Below are positions 1 to 11,620 of a stretch of 64,000 bases of DNA, piece by piece. The position numbers and the translations under genes were made by a program. How positions within the stretch are numbered: position 1 is the stretch's first letter; every line of letters begins with the position of its first letter. Under the pieces are notes generated by a model, which was not told the origin of the DNA, did not search any database, and saw nothing but the letters and a program-made list of their open reading frames with translations. Source of the DNA: Octopus bimaculoides (taxonomy: Eukaryota); contig NC_068982.1 of the NCBI RefSeq assembly GCF_001194135.2, positions 24,081,305 to 24,145,304 of the forward strand. The letters are read 5' to 3'.

Positions 1-33
<33 letters not shown>

Positions 34-62
34 CTGTGTGTAAATATATATATATATATATA
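1..62. repeat. (TG)n/(TA)n microsatellite
   Basis: Direct dinucleotide runs. Confidence 0.95.
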
Positions 63-583
63 CTTGGGCATATATACATGCGTACACAGGCACCGACTAC
101 ATATGCGATTATTTTAATTAGTTAGCTTAGGGATGTTTTCCATATTTTGTAATTTGTGTTACGTTTCTTCTGTTCAAAACGGTAAGTCCAAATGACACAA
201 TGCAATATCTGTTGTGCTTCAAATATTTTTGTTATGCTTTTAGTATGCGAAATTAATAAAGAAACGTTTTCACAGTGGAATTATCTTGTTATTTATATAA
301 TTTCTTCACTGAATACATGTATTCTATTTCTTGAAATTAAATTTTTAAAATTCGACAGAGAAAATATCGATTTAAAGTATATTTTTGTATATAGGTTAGC
401 TGAATTGGCGAAATTAATAATGCTGTTTCCATTATGTGATTGACAGCATAATAATGATTTTCAGCAATACGTGAAGATAATCCAATTATGTTTAAATACA
501 AAGAAGCAAAACAATCAACCAAGATGAATAATTCGATAAAGAAAGCCATAGTCCACATATCTGCAGTGCCGTAGAAATGTCAA

Positions 584-818
584 GGCAGCGTGCTGGCACA
601 ATCGTTAGCACGCCGGGCGAAATATTTAGCGGTATTTCGTCTGCCGCTACGTTCTGAGTTCAAATTCCGCTGAGGTAGACTTTGCCTTTCATCCTTTCGG
701 AGTCGATAAATTAATTACCAGATACGCACTGGGGTCGATGTAATCGACTTAATCGCTTTGTTTGTCCTTGCTTGTCCCATCTATGTATATCCCCTGGTGG
801 GAAATAAAGAAATAAGAA
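584..818 (+). mobile_element. tRNA-derived SINE, family A
   Basis: A-box-like TGGCACAATCG, B-box GTTCAAATTCC, central GCCTTTCATCCTTTCGGAGTCGATAAA block and A-rich end. Homologous copies at 9357, 9582, 9831, 33010, 40776, 54890 and 57740. Confidence 0.85.
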
Positions 819-930
819 ATGTTACGGACAAATTTCCGACACGAAAATAAAAATTGGCAAATATTCCATCATAACTGTTAAAGGCACGACTATATAACAA
901 GAAAGACTGCTGGTGTAAGAAGAAAGAATC

Positions 931-1156
931 TTGTCCGAAAAGTTCATGCCGATTTATAGTAGCTTATCTTTCGATTTATTTGCCATGAAACCACCTCAAT
1001 TCTGGGAACAGGGTATTTTGAAGTTAAAGGAAAGATAGAGACGTATTGTGCAACAAAATGGTTCATATTTAGTTGGTTAAAAATGTAATGGCAAGTATTT
1101 ATTGACCTTTTTTCTTTCCTTTAATATCGGCACGAACTAACTTCCCGGACAACCAA
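931..1156 (+). mobile_element. Internally deleted mariner derivative (MITE-like)
   Basis: Imperfect TIRs TTGTCCGAAAAGTTCATGCCGAT and ATCGGCACGAAC..CTTCCCGGACAA, ending in TA. The interior encodes a mariner transposase C-terminus, DLFAMKPPQFWEQGILKLKER*RRIVQQNGSYLVG*. Confidence 0.75.
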
Positions 1157-1274
1157 TATATATATAGTGAAGTTGGATGTTTGGGTTTGTGTTTTGTGTG
1201 CGTATATGTATATATATCTATACCTGCATGTGTATGTAAACACATATGCATACACGCAGTTCTCTCGCCCATTC

Positions 1275-1288
1275 TCTCTCTCTCTCTC

Positions 1289-1344
<56 letters not shown>

Positions 1345-1346
1345 AT
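1275..1346. repeat. (CT)n(CA)n compound microsatellite
   Basis: Direct. Confidence 0.95.
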
Positions 1347-1767
1347 ACATATTTCAACACAAATACAGGTAAACGATATCATGCATTTAAATATTAAACA
1401 ACATCGTTTTACTGGGTATAATGTATTACATCATGAAACAATGTTTCTCGCGAAATATTATATGTATATTAAAGCAGACTCTATGCTGGCTTTGCAGTAG
1501 TTGTCTCAGTAGATTTACATGCGTATTAATAAGGATTTTCTTCCTTCAAATATTATAAGTAATCACCAACGCTGGCCAGCATAATAAATTTAATGTTTGT
1601 AAATATTACCAAAAAGAAAAAAAAGCGTTATATACACACGCACACACGCACACACTCACAAAGGCACACACATACGGGCGCATAAAAAATATAAGCATAA
1701 AAATACATCGATGCCGTCAAAACATCTACAACTTCAATATCCATATCCCATGCGGTTACATTTTGAA

Positions 1768-1808
<41 letters not shown>

Positions 1809-2035
1809 NNNNNNNNNNNNNNNNNNNNNNNNNNNNNNNNNNNNNNNNNNNNNNNNNNNNNNNNNNNNNNNNNNNNNNNNNNNNNNNNNNNNNNNNNNNN
1901 NNNNNNNNNNNNNNNNNNNNNNNNNNNNNNNNNNNNNNNNNNNNNNNNNNNNNNNNNNNNNNNNNNNATATATATATATATATATATATATATATAGCGA
2001 CTTCGCACATCTTCCCCAACTGACCGCTCCCCTAC

Positions 2036-2490
2036 TTCAAACGAGCCCACAACCTACGAGACCTCTTAGTCCAAAGCTTCTTCCCTAACCCAACCTCCCT
2101 ACCCGGCTCGTTCCCCTGCTCCCGCCACGCTGTTGCCTCTCCAACACCACCCTCCTCGCCGACACCCATCATCGACCCTATCATATCACTGACTCTTTCA
2201 CCTGCACTTCTAGCAACGTCATCTACTTCATATCCTGCTCTCTCTGGCCTTCTCTATACATCGGTCAAACTGACCGGTTTACGGAACACCTCCGAGACAT
2301 CCGACTCGCAATAACACTCGGGTCTCGCGCCATTTCCGCTCTACCGGTCACACTTTTCAACATCTGTCTGTGTTCGGATTGTCCTTGCACAGGGACCATC
2401 AGGATCCCGTCTTCGCCATGAACTAGGATTAAACCTCTCTTCGCTCTTTTGCGCCACATGGGTTCAACTCCCCTCCCCTCTACATCTAAC
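2036..2490 (+). pseudogene. Penelope GIY-YIG endonuclease relic (frameshifted)
   Basis: Reads FTCTSSNVIYFISCSLWPSLYIGQT...FTEHLRDIR...VSRHFRSTGHTFQHLSVFGL. These are the VIY/YIG and R..EH motifs, preceded by a Cys-rich segment, typical of PLE endonucleases. Confidence 0.85.
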
Positions 2491-3181
2491 CCCCTCCCTT
2501 CTACATCTAACTATACTCCCCTCTCCTCTCTCCCTCTCACACCTATTTCCTCCCTCCGACCCCTCCTCGCATACTCCGACTCCTACTTCTCTTCACTCCT
2601 ACCCACTTCTCTTCACTCCTTCTCACTTCCCTTCATTTCTACTCACCTACTCCTTTCCCCCTCTCCCTTCATTGTCACCCCTCCCTCGTAACCCCACTCT
2701 TACACAATACAACCATATCATCCCTATCCATCACATCCCTTCAACCTACTCATATATACCCCACCTCTACGCCTCCCTCATTGTAACACACACCCTACCT
2801 TTTCTGTCCCCACTCTCACCTTCTCCACATCCCTACGCCACCACATCAGACCATGCACCACCACACTACACACCACCATACCACACCACATCACATTACC
2901 ACGCACACACTAGCACTGACCACTTCCCAGCATCCACACACTCAACCACACACCTACACACACGTGCACACACGCACGTGTCAAGGTCACCAGCCCTCTT
3001 CCACACGCACATGCACGCTCTCATATACACATTCACAAGCACATTCTTTTGGGGATCACCACAACTTATTATCTCTCCTTCTTCCTAGCTTTCTTGTTTG
3101 ACCGCTCTGTTTGGTATTCGCCGTGATAGATCGCAAGCCACTGCACATTCTTTAATTTCTCTCCTTGTTTCTTTCTGTGTT

Positions 3182-3219
3182 CCTTTCTGTGGAAGAGCAT
3201 AGGCTCGAAACGTTAAACA
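3182..3219 (+). ncRNA. Minimal type I hammerhead-ribozyme-like motif (variant core)
   Basis: TTT-CTGTGGA-A-GAGC(ATAG)GCTC-GAAAC-GTT-AAA: 4-bp stem II, GAAA box, palindromic ACGT stem III and TTT/AAA stem I, in the expected PLE 3' position. Confidence 0.55.
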
Positions 3220-5905
3220 CTTTTGCATTACCGCGCGTTAAACTAATACATCTGTTTGTTGTCTACACCAGTTTATTCGTATTTTTTGTATATTCTCACT
3301 ATATATGTATATGTATATATNNNNNNNNNNNNNNNNNNNNNNNNNNNNNNNNNNNNNNNNNNNNNNNNNNNNNNNNNNNNNNNNNNNNNNNNNNNNNNNN
3401 NNNNNNNNNNNNNNNNNNNNNNNNNNNNNNNNNNNNNNNNNNNNNNNNNNNNNNNNNNNNNNNNNNNNNNNNNNNNNNNNNNNNNNNNNNNNNNNNNNNN
3501 NNNNNNNNNNNNNNNNNNNNNNNNNNNNNNNNNNNNNNNNNNNNNNNNNNNNNNNNNNNNNNNNNNNNNNNNNNNNNNNNNNNNNNNNNNNNNNNNNNNN
3601 NNNNNNNNNNNNNNNNNNNNNNNNNNNNNNNNNNNNNNNNNNNNNNNNNNNNNNNNNNNNNNNNNNNNNNNNNNNNNNNNNNNNNNNNNNNNNNNNNNNN
3701 NNNNNNNNNNNNNNNNNNNNNNNNNNNNNNNNNNNNNNNNNNNNNNNNNNNNNNNNNNNNNNNNNNNNNNNNNNNNNNNNNNNNNNNNNNNNNNNNNNNN
3801 NNNNNNNNNNNNNNNNNNNNNNNNNNNNNNNNNNNNNNNNNNNNNNNNNNNNNNNNNNNNNNNNNNNNNNNNNNNNNNNNNNNNNNNNNNNNNNNNNNNN
3901 NNNNNNNNNNNNNNNNNNNNNNNNNNNNNNNNNNNNNNNNNNNNNNNNNNNNNNNNNNNNNNNNNNNNNNNNNNNNNNNNNNNNNNNNNNNNNNNNNNNN
4001 NNNNNNNNNNNNNNNNNNNNNNNNNNNNNNNNNNNNNNNNNNNNNNNNNNNNNNNNNNNNNNNNNNNNNNNNNNNNNNNNNNNNNNNNNNNNNNNNNNNN
4101 NNNNNNNNNNNNNNNNNNNNNNNNNNNNNNNNNNNNNNNNNNNNNNNNNNNNNNNNNNNNNNNNNNNNNNNNNNNNNNNNNNNNNNNNNNNNNNNNNNNN
4201 NNNNNNNNNNNNNNNNNNNNNNNNNNNNNNNNNNNNNNNNNNNNNNNNNNNNNNNNNNNNNNNNNNCATTTAATTAAATAATATATTTCTTTTTTTTTTT
4301 TGTGTGTGTATTTGTGTTTTTCTTGATATAAAATCTCTTATAGTCACCTCTTTTCCTTAATTATTTTCTCTGCACTTTTTTTTTAATTATTTTTTTTTTA
4401 CGTATAAATATCATTGGAAACGGTATACGGCATCATGAAATTTTATTATGTTGACGAAGTACTGAAGGTTCAATAATTAACGCCGCTATATAGATAAAAA
4501 TCCAAGACGATTCTGTTATTCATCTGTCAAATGTGATATACATCATCACAACAGACCTGTATTGATGAATTTTAATGCATGGTTTCCAAGAACAGTAAAA
4601 ACAATATCATTAAGTTCAAATGTCACAGACACAAATACATATATATATATTTGTTTTGTAGGAAATTATTTAGTATGGATTAAATTGTATCTGGAATTTA
4701 GCAAGTGATATTAACGTCGTGTTTTATTTTATATTATAACCATGTTTTGACCCATTTTTCATATTCCCGATTTTTATTTTCTTCTCGCTTCAATGTGACA
4801 TATTCTACTCATACGTTTTTAACTTACATGTTTTATAGTATCTTTACATCCGACTTCTCGTTTTAGACACCATTCACCAAAGTGACCAACAGTAGCTGAT
4901 ATAAAACATTAGAGTTTTCTCAGTTCTCCATTTTACTCATTTTTCTTTTCATTTTGCTTTTTGCCATTTCAGTATATTAATTTCCAAAATGTTTATCTTT
5001 CATAATCAATGCCGCCATTCCAAAGGATAGAAAATTTGCAGCAGTAAATTTCGTTCAAATTTCGTTCTCGTCCAACGTCTACTGAATTTGAATGAGAAGC
5101 TTTTATTTATGAGATCTTTGACTGTGCCGACTGGATTAAATTACTGAGAATTTCCGGCTGAATATTTAAATCCTAATCGAATATATTGATATCATTTGTG
5201 TTAGACACAAATGTTAATATTATGTATAACAGTCTATTTCTTCTAGACATATCGGTTGTTGATAAATGCCCACGAATTTTATATTACAATTATCAAGATT
5301 GTATGATAGTTGTTTTGATTTCTAAGTACGTCAATGATATATAGCAATGTCGTTAATATATTCGCTTTAGAACATCGATAGGAACGCACTTGCACCACGC
5401 ATACGCATATACACACAGAGAAAACGCACGCACGTACGTTCAGACATATGCATATGCATATCTGTATATATCTATTTCTCACTATCTGTCTGTCTGTATG
5501 TCTGTCTGTCTGTCTATCTATCTATCTACATATCTATCTATCTCTCTCTCTATATANNNNNNNNNNNNNNNNNNNNNNNNNNNNNNNNNNNNNNNNNNNN
5601 NNNNNNNNNNNNNNNNNNNNNNNNNNNNNNNNNNNNNNNNNNNNNNNNNNNNNNNNNNNNNNNNNNNNNNNNNNNNNNNNNNNNNNNNNNNNNNNNNNNN
5701 NNNNNNNNNNNNNNNNNNNNNNNNNATATATATATATATGTGCGTGTGTGTGTGTGTGTGTGCGCGCGCCCTTTAAGTTCGTTTACGGGAAACGCATTCA
5801 TGATGCATATACAATTCTCATAATATTATGCCGGCTACAACCTCATGATGCCAATGGCAATAACAGTTTTTGGGGTCGCACGAGCTGTATACTGCAGGAT
5901 AAATA

Positions 5906-5906
<1 letters not shown>

Positions 5907-5956
<50 letters not shown>

Positions 5957-5960
5957 CAGC

Positions 5961-5992
<32 letters not shown>

Positions 5993-6080
5993 CAGTAGTA
6001 GTACTACTACTACTACTACTACTACTAATAATAATAATAATAATAATAATAACAATAATAATAATAATAACAACAATAAT
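5907..6080. repeat. Compound (TAG)n-(TAC)n-(TAA)n triplet repeat
   Basis: Direct. Confidence 0.95.
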
Positions 6081-6179
6081 ATTAAAATGTCCTGATGTAG
6101 TACCAGGTAGTGGCTCACATGTTTTTTTCATTTTAACTGACTGGAAGTGTTATCATGTACATTGTTTTGACTTGGTATA

Positions 6180-6615
6180 GAGGATGAGCTACAGCAAGTA
6201 TTCTGCTCAATACTGCAGATCTGCTTGTCGGTTGCTTGACCTTAACCGGTTGAGCATGTCCCTTGGTGGCTGAGTATATGTGCATCTTTGATCACGAGCA
6301 GAAGTAGTGGGAGAGCGTCATAGGCAACTATTGAAAGTAATTCTTTGGGGGTTTGGATAATTCACCTTCGGAAACATGGGTATTGTGTTCAACATCCTTA
6401 AACTATCCTTATTCGGAGACGTTTTGAGCGGCATGCCTACTCCACCTGAAGAAACTGGGCTCTACCTGGAAGGTCATGAGTTGCTTATCTTGATATGAGA
6501 TCACTATGTCGCGCACATATGACTGTGACGCATATGCCTGGTTTACCCTTATCAGCCGGGTAATGATGGCTATAGTGGGATTCGTATGTTTTACCCCAGT
6601 GTCACTTTGATGGTA
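6180..6615. repeat. Probable interspersed repeat, class unknown
   Basis: GC-elevated non-coding block ending in (TA)n(GA)n. It resembles a recurrent Octopus repeat from memory, and there is no second copy in the window. Confidence 0.3.
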
Positions 6616-6624
6616 TGCATATGG

Positions 6625-6690
<66 letters not shown>

Positions 6691-7447
6691 NNNNNNNNNN
6701 NNNNNNNNNNNNNNNNNNNNNNNNNNNNNNNNNNNNNNNNNNNNNNNNNNNNNNNNNNNNNNNNNNNNNNNNNNNNNNNNNNNNNNNNNNNNNNNNNNNN
6801 NNNNNNNNNNNNNNNNNNNNNNNNNNNNNNNNNNNNNNNNNNNNNNNNNNNNNNNNNNNNNNNNNNNNNNNNNNNNNNNNNNNNNNNNNNNNNNNNNNNN
6901 NNNNNNNNNNNNNNNNNNNNNNNNNNNNNNNNNNNNNNNNNNNNNNNNNNNNNNNNNNNNNNNNNNNNNNNNNNNNNNNNNNNNNNNNNNNNNNNNNNNN
7001 NNNNNNNNNNNNNNNNNNNNNNNNNNNNNNNNNNNNNNNNNNNNNNNNNNNNNNNNNNNNNNNNNNNNNNNNNNNNNNNNNNNNNNNNNNNNNNNNNNNN
7101 NNNNNNNNNNNNNNNNNNNNNNNNNNNNNNNNNNNNNNNNNNNNNNNNNNNNNNNNNNNNNNNNNNNNNNNNNNNNNNNNNNNNNNNNNNNNNNNNNNNN
7201 NNNNNNNNNNNNNNNNNNNNNNNNNNNNNNNNNNNNNNNNNNNNNNNNNNNNNNNNNNNNNNNNNNNNNNNNNNNNNNNNNNNNNNNNNNNNNNNNNNNN
7301 NNNNNNNNNNNNNNNNNNNNNNNNNNNNNNNNNNNNNNNNNNNNNNNNNNNNNNNNNNNNNNNNNNNNNNNNNNNNNNNNNNNNNNNNNNNNNNNNNNNN
7401 NNNNNNNNNNNNNNNNNNNNNNNNNNNNNNNNNNNNNNNNNNNNNNN

Positions 7448-7478
<31 letters not shown>

Positions 7479-7479
<1 letters not shown>

Positions 7480-8160
7480 GGGTTCAGGATGTTACAAAAT
7501 GTAAGCAACATGAAATGCGAAATCAACATGGATCACGAAACACAAAAACATCATGAAATACGAAGGCAAACTTGGATATGCGAACGAGAGAAACAAATGG
7601 AAAACAGGACAGGTAACATAAACAACGACTCTTCCTCAGTCGTCAGCCGTTTATCTATTCCAAATTTCGAGCAATTCACGACAATATGAGGCTTCAAAAA
7701 CAGTTACTCCTGCGAACCAAAGTAACATTTGGGATTTGCGTAGAGTTAAAGATGATAATAAAGACAGAACAGTGGAGACATACAACAAGACAAACATAAT
7801 CAAGCATGGAGGGCCGTTAGGCCAGACGAGGTAAGGTAGCGAACGCAGGAGGAATATTCTTTGACAAGAGAAAAACAAGATAGGAAAGGAGACAGATAAG
7901 AATGAGTCTGGTCTGTGCGAGAAACTGAAGGAAAAGAAGGATGATCTCGTGAGGAAAAGTAAAGTGGACGATGGTCACGTGTGATCAACGAGAGACAGTA
8001 AAGGAGGAACAGGGAGAGAGAGAGAAAGAGATAGATAGATATAAAATGGTGAAGGGGAGAAAAAGAATTAGAGAAAGGAAGAGGAAGGGAAGTAAACGAA
8101 ACGGGGAAAGAAAGAACAGTACTGCGTAGAGTCGCATCAAAATTATTAAGATAAACTTAC
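7479..8160 (-). mobile_element. Interspersed repeat family P2 (PLE-terminal-like)
   Basis: 7590-7780 is the reverse complement of 62750-62910. Same layout as P1: pyrimidine-rich tract, conserved core, (TA)n end. Confidence 0.55.
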
Positions 8161-9356
8161 TTGGAAAAAAATATACATATACATATAGAGATATGGGTAT
8201 GTGTGTGTGCGTGTGTCCGTGCATATGTGTGTGAGTGGGGCTTCTGAGCTGCAATGAACACAGAACGAAAACATCCGTAGATATTCAATTTCGTTTTTGT
8301 CAGAGTACATGACGAATGATTTGGAACCGCGTTCTTCTGCGTGTACTCTGTAAATTATTATGATTGTCAGACACCAGTACTCATCAGAAGTTTGTTTTAC
8401 TGACTCCGATAAACAAATGCTCATGCACCGGTTAGATTGAACGTTCAACGGTCTCTCAGTGTAGAATCAATTAAGGAAACACACATCGAGATCGAAGTAC
8501 TGCAATCTTTAGAAGTCTCCTTACGCTAGTGCATCTGTGTTTTGAACTCACAACGACTAAATACAGGATGTCGTCTTCAAGGATGATAACAAACAGCGAC
8601 CACATATTTATCTCAGAATTTACCTGAATGTGTGAAAGATTAAAAGATGCATTATTTTTTGGATTCTCAGTTCTGTGTGCAAACCATGAATTATTAAAAC
8701 AAATTTTTCATTTGAATAATATTTCTAAAATATATGAAGTTCCTAAGGGTAATTAAGAGATTTATTAAGTGAATTATTTTACTTATTATGAAATGTTTGT
8801 AGTGGAGCGGTATGTAGTTTTGTGTTGACGATTCCCGAAAGAGGAGTGTGCACTGCTGTAGGCTGCAAGTGCAGTTTAATGTTATGAAAGAGTGGAATTG
8901 CACATATAGAAACGTACCTATATACCTATGAAATCTCCCCACACAGACTCTCACTCACTCAAACACACACTCTCGCGTGTAAACTTATAAGCATATAAAC
9001 ACACGCATACACACGTACACGCATACACACAAATATATATACACTCATACACAAATTTATACGCATTATGTATCTTAAGTTTGCAGCTTAATGTTTATGC
9101 ACATTATATTTACAACAGGCATTCTGTTATGCGTATATGCGTATACTTTTCAGCGGATATACCACCTTTGATGACTCTGTTGTTGCATGGGGATGCGTAT
9201 GCATTAACACCCATCATACGCATGGGTGCCCAATTAACATATCCAGTTTGTACACATACACACATGCATGTATATACATATACATATATACATATATGTG
9301 TGTGTCTGTGTGTGGTTGTGCGTGTGTGTCTGTGTGTATGGATTTATACGCACTAA

Positions 9357-9565
9357 TATTGATTTCACAAAATCCAACAAATTTGGTGTTGGGGCAAGTC
9401 AGTTACATAGACCCCAGTGGCCAACTGGTACTTATTTTATCAACCCGCAAAGGATGAAATGCAAAGTCGGCCTCAGCGGAATTGGAAATTACAACGTAAA
9501 ATCCGACTAAACACCGCTAAGCATTTTGTCCAGAAGTTGCTAACGATTCTGCCAGCTCACTGCCT
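9357..9565 (-). mobile_element. tRNA-derived SINE, family A
   Basis: Reverse complement of the family A head and body (GCTAACGATTCTGCCAGCTC, AAAGGATGAAATGCAAAGTC). Confidence 0.85.
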
Positions 9566-9581
9566 TATATAGATACTAATA

Positions 9582-9795
9582 TTGGTTTCAAATTTTGGTT
9601 CATAGCCATATAGTTCGGTAGAGGGTGGCGGTCGATTACAACAACACCAGTGATGAGCTGGTACTTATTATACCGTCCCGCAAGGATGGAAAGTAAAGTC
9701 TGCATCGGCTGAATTTGAATCCAGAAATTTAAGACGGACTAATTGCAGTTCAGTATTTTGTCCGGCATGCTAACGATTGTGGCAACACACCGCCC
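9582..9795 (-). mobile_element. tRNA-derived SINE, family A
   Basis: CTGGTACTTA, AAGGATGGAAAG, GAATTTGAATC (B-box reversed), GCTAACGATT. Confidence 0.8.
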
Positions 9796-9830
9796 TATCA
9801 ACACACTAACATTATTATATCCTGTTGAAG

Positions 9831-10037
9831 TCGGCGCACTGACAGAATCGTTAGCAAGACGGGCAAAACTGTTAGTGGTATTTTGTAAGTATACTCGTTA
9901 CGAGTTCAAATTCCGCCGATCTCCACATTGCTTTAATCCTTTCGGAATCGATAAAATATGTACAGTTGAACACTGGGATCAATGAAATCCATATACAGCC
10001 TCCCTCCAAATTGCTGGCCTTGTGCTAAAATTTCAAA
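9831..10037 (+). mobile_element. tRNA-derived SINE, family A
   Basis: GACAGAATCGTTAGC...GAGTTCAAATTCCGCCG...ATCCTTTCGGAATCGATAAA. Confidence 0.85.
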
Positions 10038-10817
10038 TGAATGTTACATGTTTTTGCGTTGATATCGCGCTAACAGAAGCATTAACCAATTTTACACATG
10101 GCGGATAGATGAACGTTTACAGGGCACAGCATTCTATATATGCATACATTGATGTGATTAAAGCTTAATTTTTTTTTTCTATGAGAACATTGTTGTGCAA
10201 TTTAGCATACAATATGTGTTTGTGTGTTTGCACTATGAAAATAAGTCTGTATTTTGAGATATTTGGGTACCAAATACGACTGTTCTTTTATTTTACGTGC
10301 CGAGACAGCATTTCATAATATCTTAGTTAACCTAACTAAAAATGCTTCCATGGTAGCTTTACGTCTGTTCACTTGCACACTCTTTTATGTTTTCTAATGT
10401 CTAAGTCTAATACTTCGAGACAGTGATCCAGTTAGAACTGAATACAGTTGTAGTACATCAGTAGATGCGAAAGTGTTAGATTTTTCTAACAATTTTGCTA
10501 TTGAAAGTCTAAGCAACATGTTTCTAAGATTTCTATTGTTAGGGTGATAGATTGAGTGATGTTTATATGTACTGGATTGAGTCATATATTCTGTGCTGTG
10601 AGACGTTAATGTAAGAACTGACCTCTAGAGATTCTACAATTGTAGTTCTACTTTTCACTACGATATTGGTCATGAATTATTTTTGCAACATAGTTAAAGA
10701 TGTTTGATCCGTGGGGTGTTATTTAGTGTCCGGTTGCACAATTCGAGGTTTTATGTGAATAAAAATGCTCGGAGTTGCTTTCTAGTATTTGTTGATTCCG
10801 GAAGTCTGTTGAAACTT

Positions 10818-11023
10818 TGTTGTAGGGATAACAATAATAACGGTACACCTTTCCCGTATGACGAGTGGTACATACTAGTCGCTATAGATAAGGTGAGGTC
10901 AGTCAGTATGAGGAGAGAGAACGAAGTAGATGATCATAGACGGCCGTGTCTTTACTGCTCAAACTAACTATACTGCTATGCTATTGTGGACGTTATAAGA
11001 ATCCGACATTAAGGATTACAACA
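10818..11023 (+). mobile_element. Putative 5' LTR of Gypsy element
   Basis: Begins TGTTGTA and ends TACAACA (7-bp terminal inverted repeat), 35 bp upstream of a gag-like ATG. No intact PBS or second LTR seen. Confidence 0.4.
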
Positions 11024-11058
11024 AAAGAAGTTTACGGGAAAAAAAACTTCATAAAATT

Positions 11059-11620
11059 ATGGAAAATGTGTTGCCCGCTTTGCTCGAGTTACAAAAACAG
11101 CAACAACAGCAACTGACAGAACAACAGCTACAGCTACAACAACAGAGTCAACAACGACAGCAATAACTACTGAAAGAACAACAACAGCAGTTGCAACTGC
11201 AAAACCTGCAGTACAAACAACAACAGCAATTACTATTACAGTAACAAATGCTGCAATTAATGAAAACTAAGTTGTCAGAAAATGCTGAGAAAAATGTTGT
11301 CGCTGATTCTGTTGCGAACTACACAAGAGAGTTTCAGTGCGAACCAGATAAAGGAGTTATATTCGAGGCTTACTATAGAAGATAGGAACTAAGCTTCAGT
11401 AAAGAGTACAGAATGTAAACGTGCTCAATCTTAAGAAAACTAGCAGCAGGAGAACATGAGGATTACAGCCATTACGTACTCCACCAAAACATTCTGACAT
11501 AAAATTTAAAGATAGCAGTAGCATTATTAGATGCTGCCGAAGGGAGGGCAGAGTCGTCAGCAGTTGTGTTATTTGTGTTAGTAGAAAGTGTATTTTACTA
11601 AAATAAAACATGTCTGTGGT
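11059..11620 (+). pseudogene. Ty3/Gypsy gag relic (K02A2.6-like), multiple stops
   Basis: MENVLPALLELQKQQQ...(polyQ)...DSVANYTREFQCEPDKGVIFEAYYRR*...LRKLAAGEHEDYSHYVL matches the F.YEP....F..W..RYED...LL.KL...EH..Y pattern of these gag proteins. Confidence 0.7.

Larger units (their letters stand above)
1997..3320 (+). mobile_element. 5'-truncated Penelope-like retroelement (family P1)
   Basis: GIY-YIG relic, then a CT/CA-rich 3' region, a hammerhead-like motif and a (TA)n end. The 3' ~800 bp is homologous to 28990-29805. Confidence 0.85.

Noticed and set aside
437-446. TGATTGACAG (PBX-MEIS/PREP decamer)
   Set aside because: A single 10-mer in 64 kb is not distinguishable from chance without conservation data.
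2490-3090. His/Thr/Pro-rich ORFs (also 28972-29542)
   Set aside because: They arise from the CA/CT-rich non-coding 3' region of the PLE, and frames are not conserved between the two copies.
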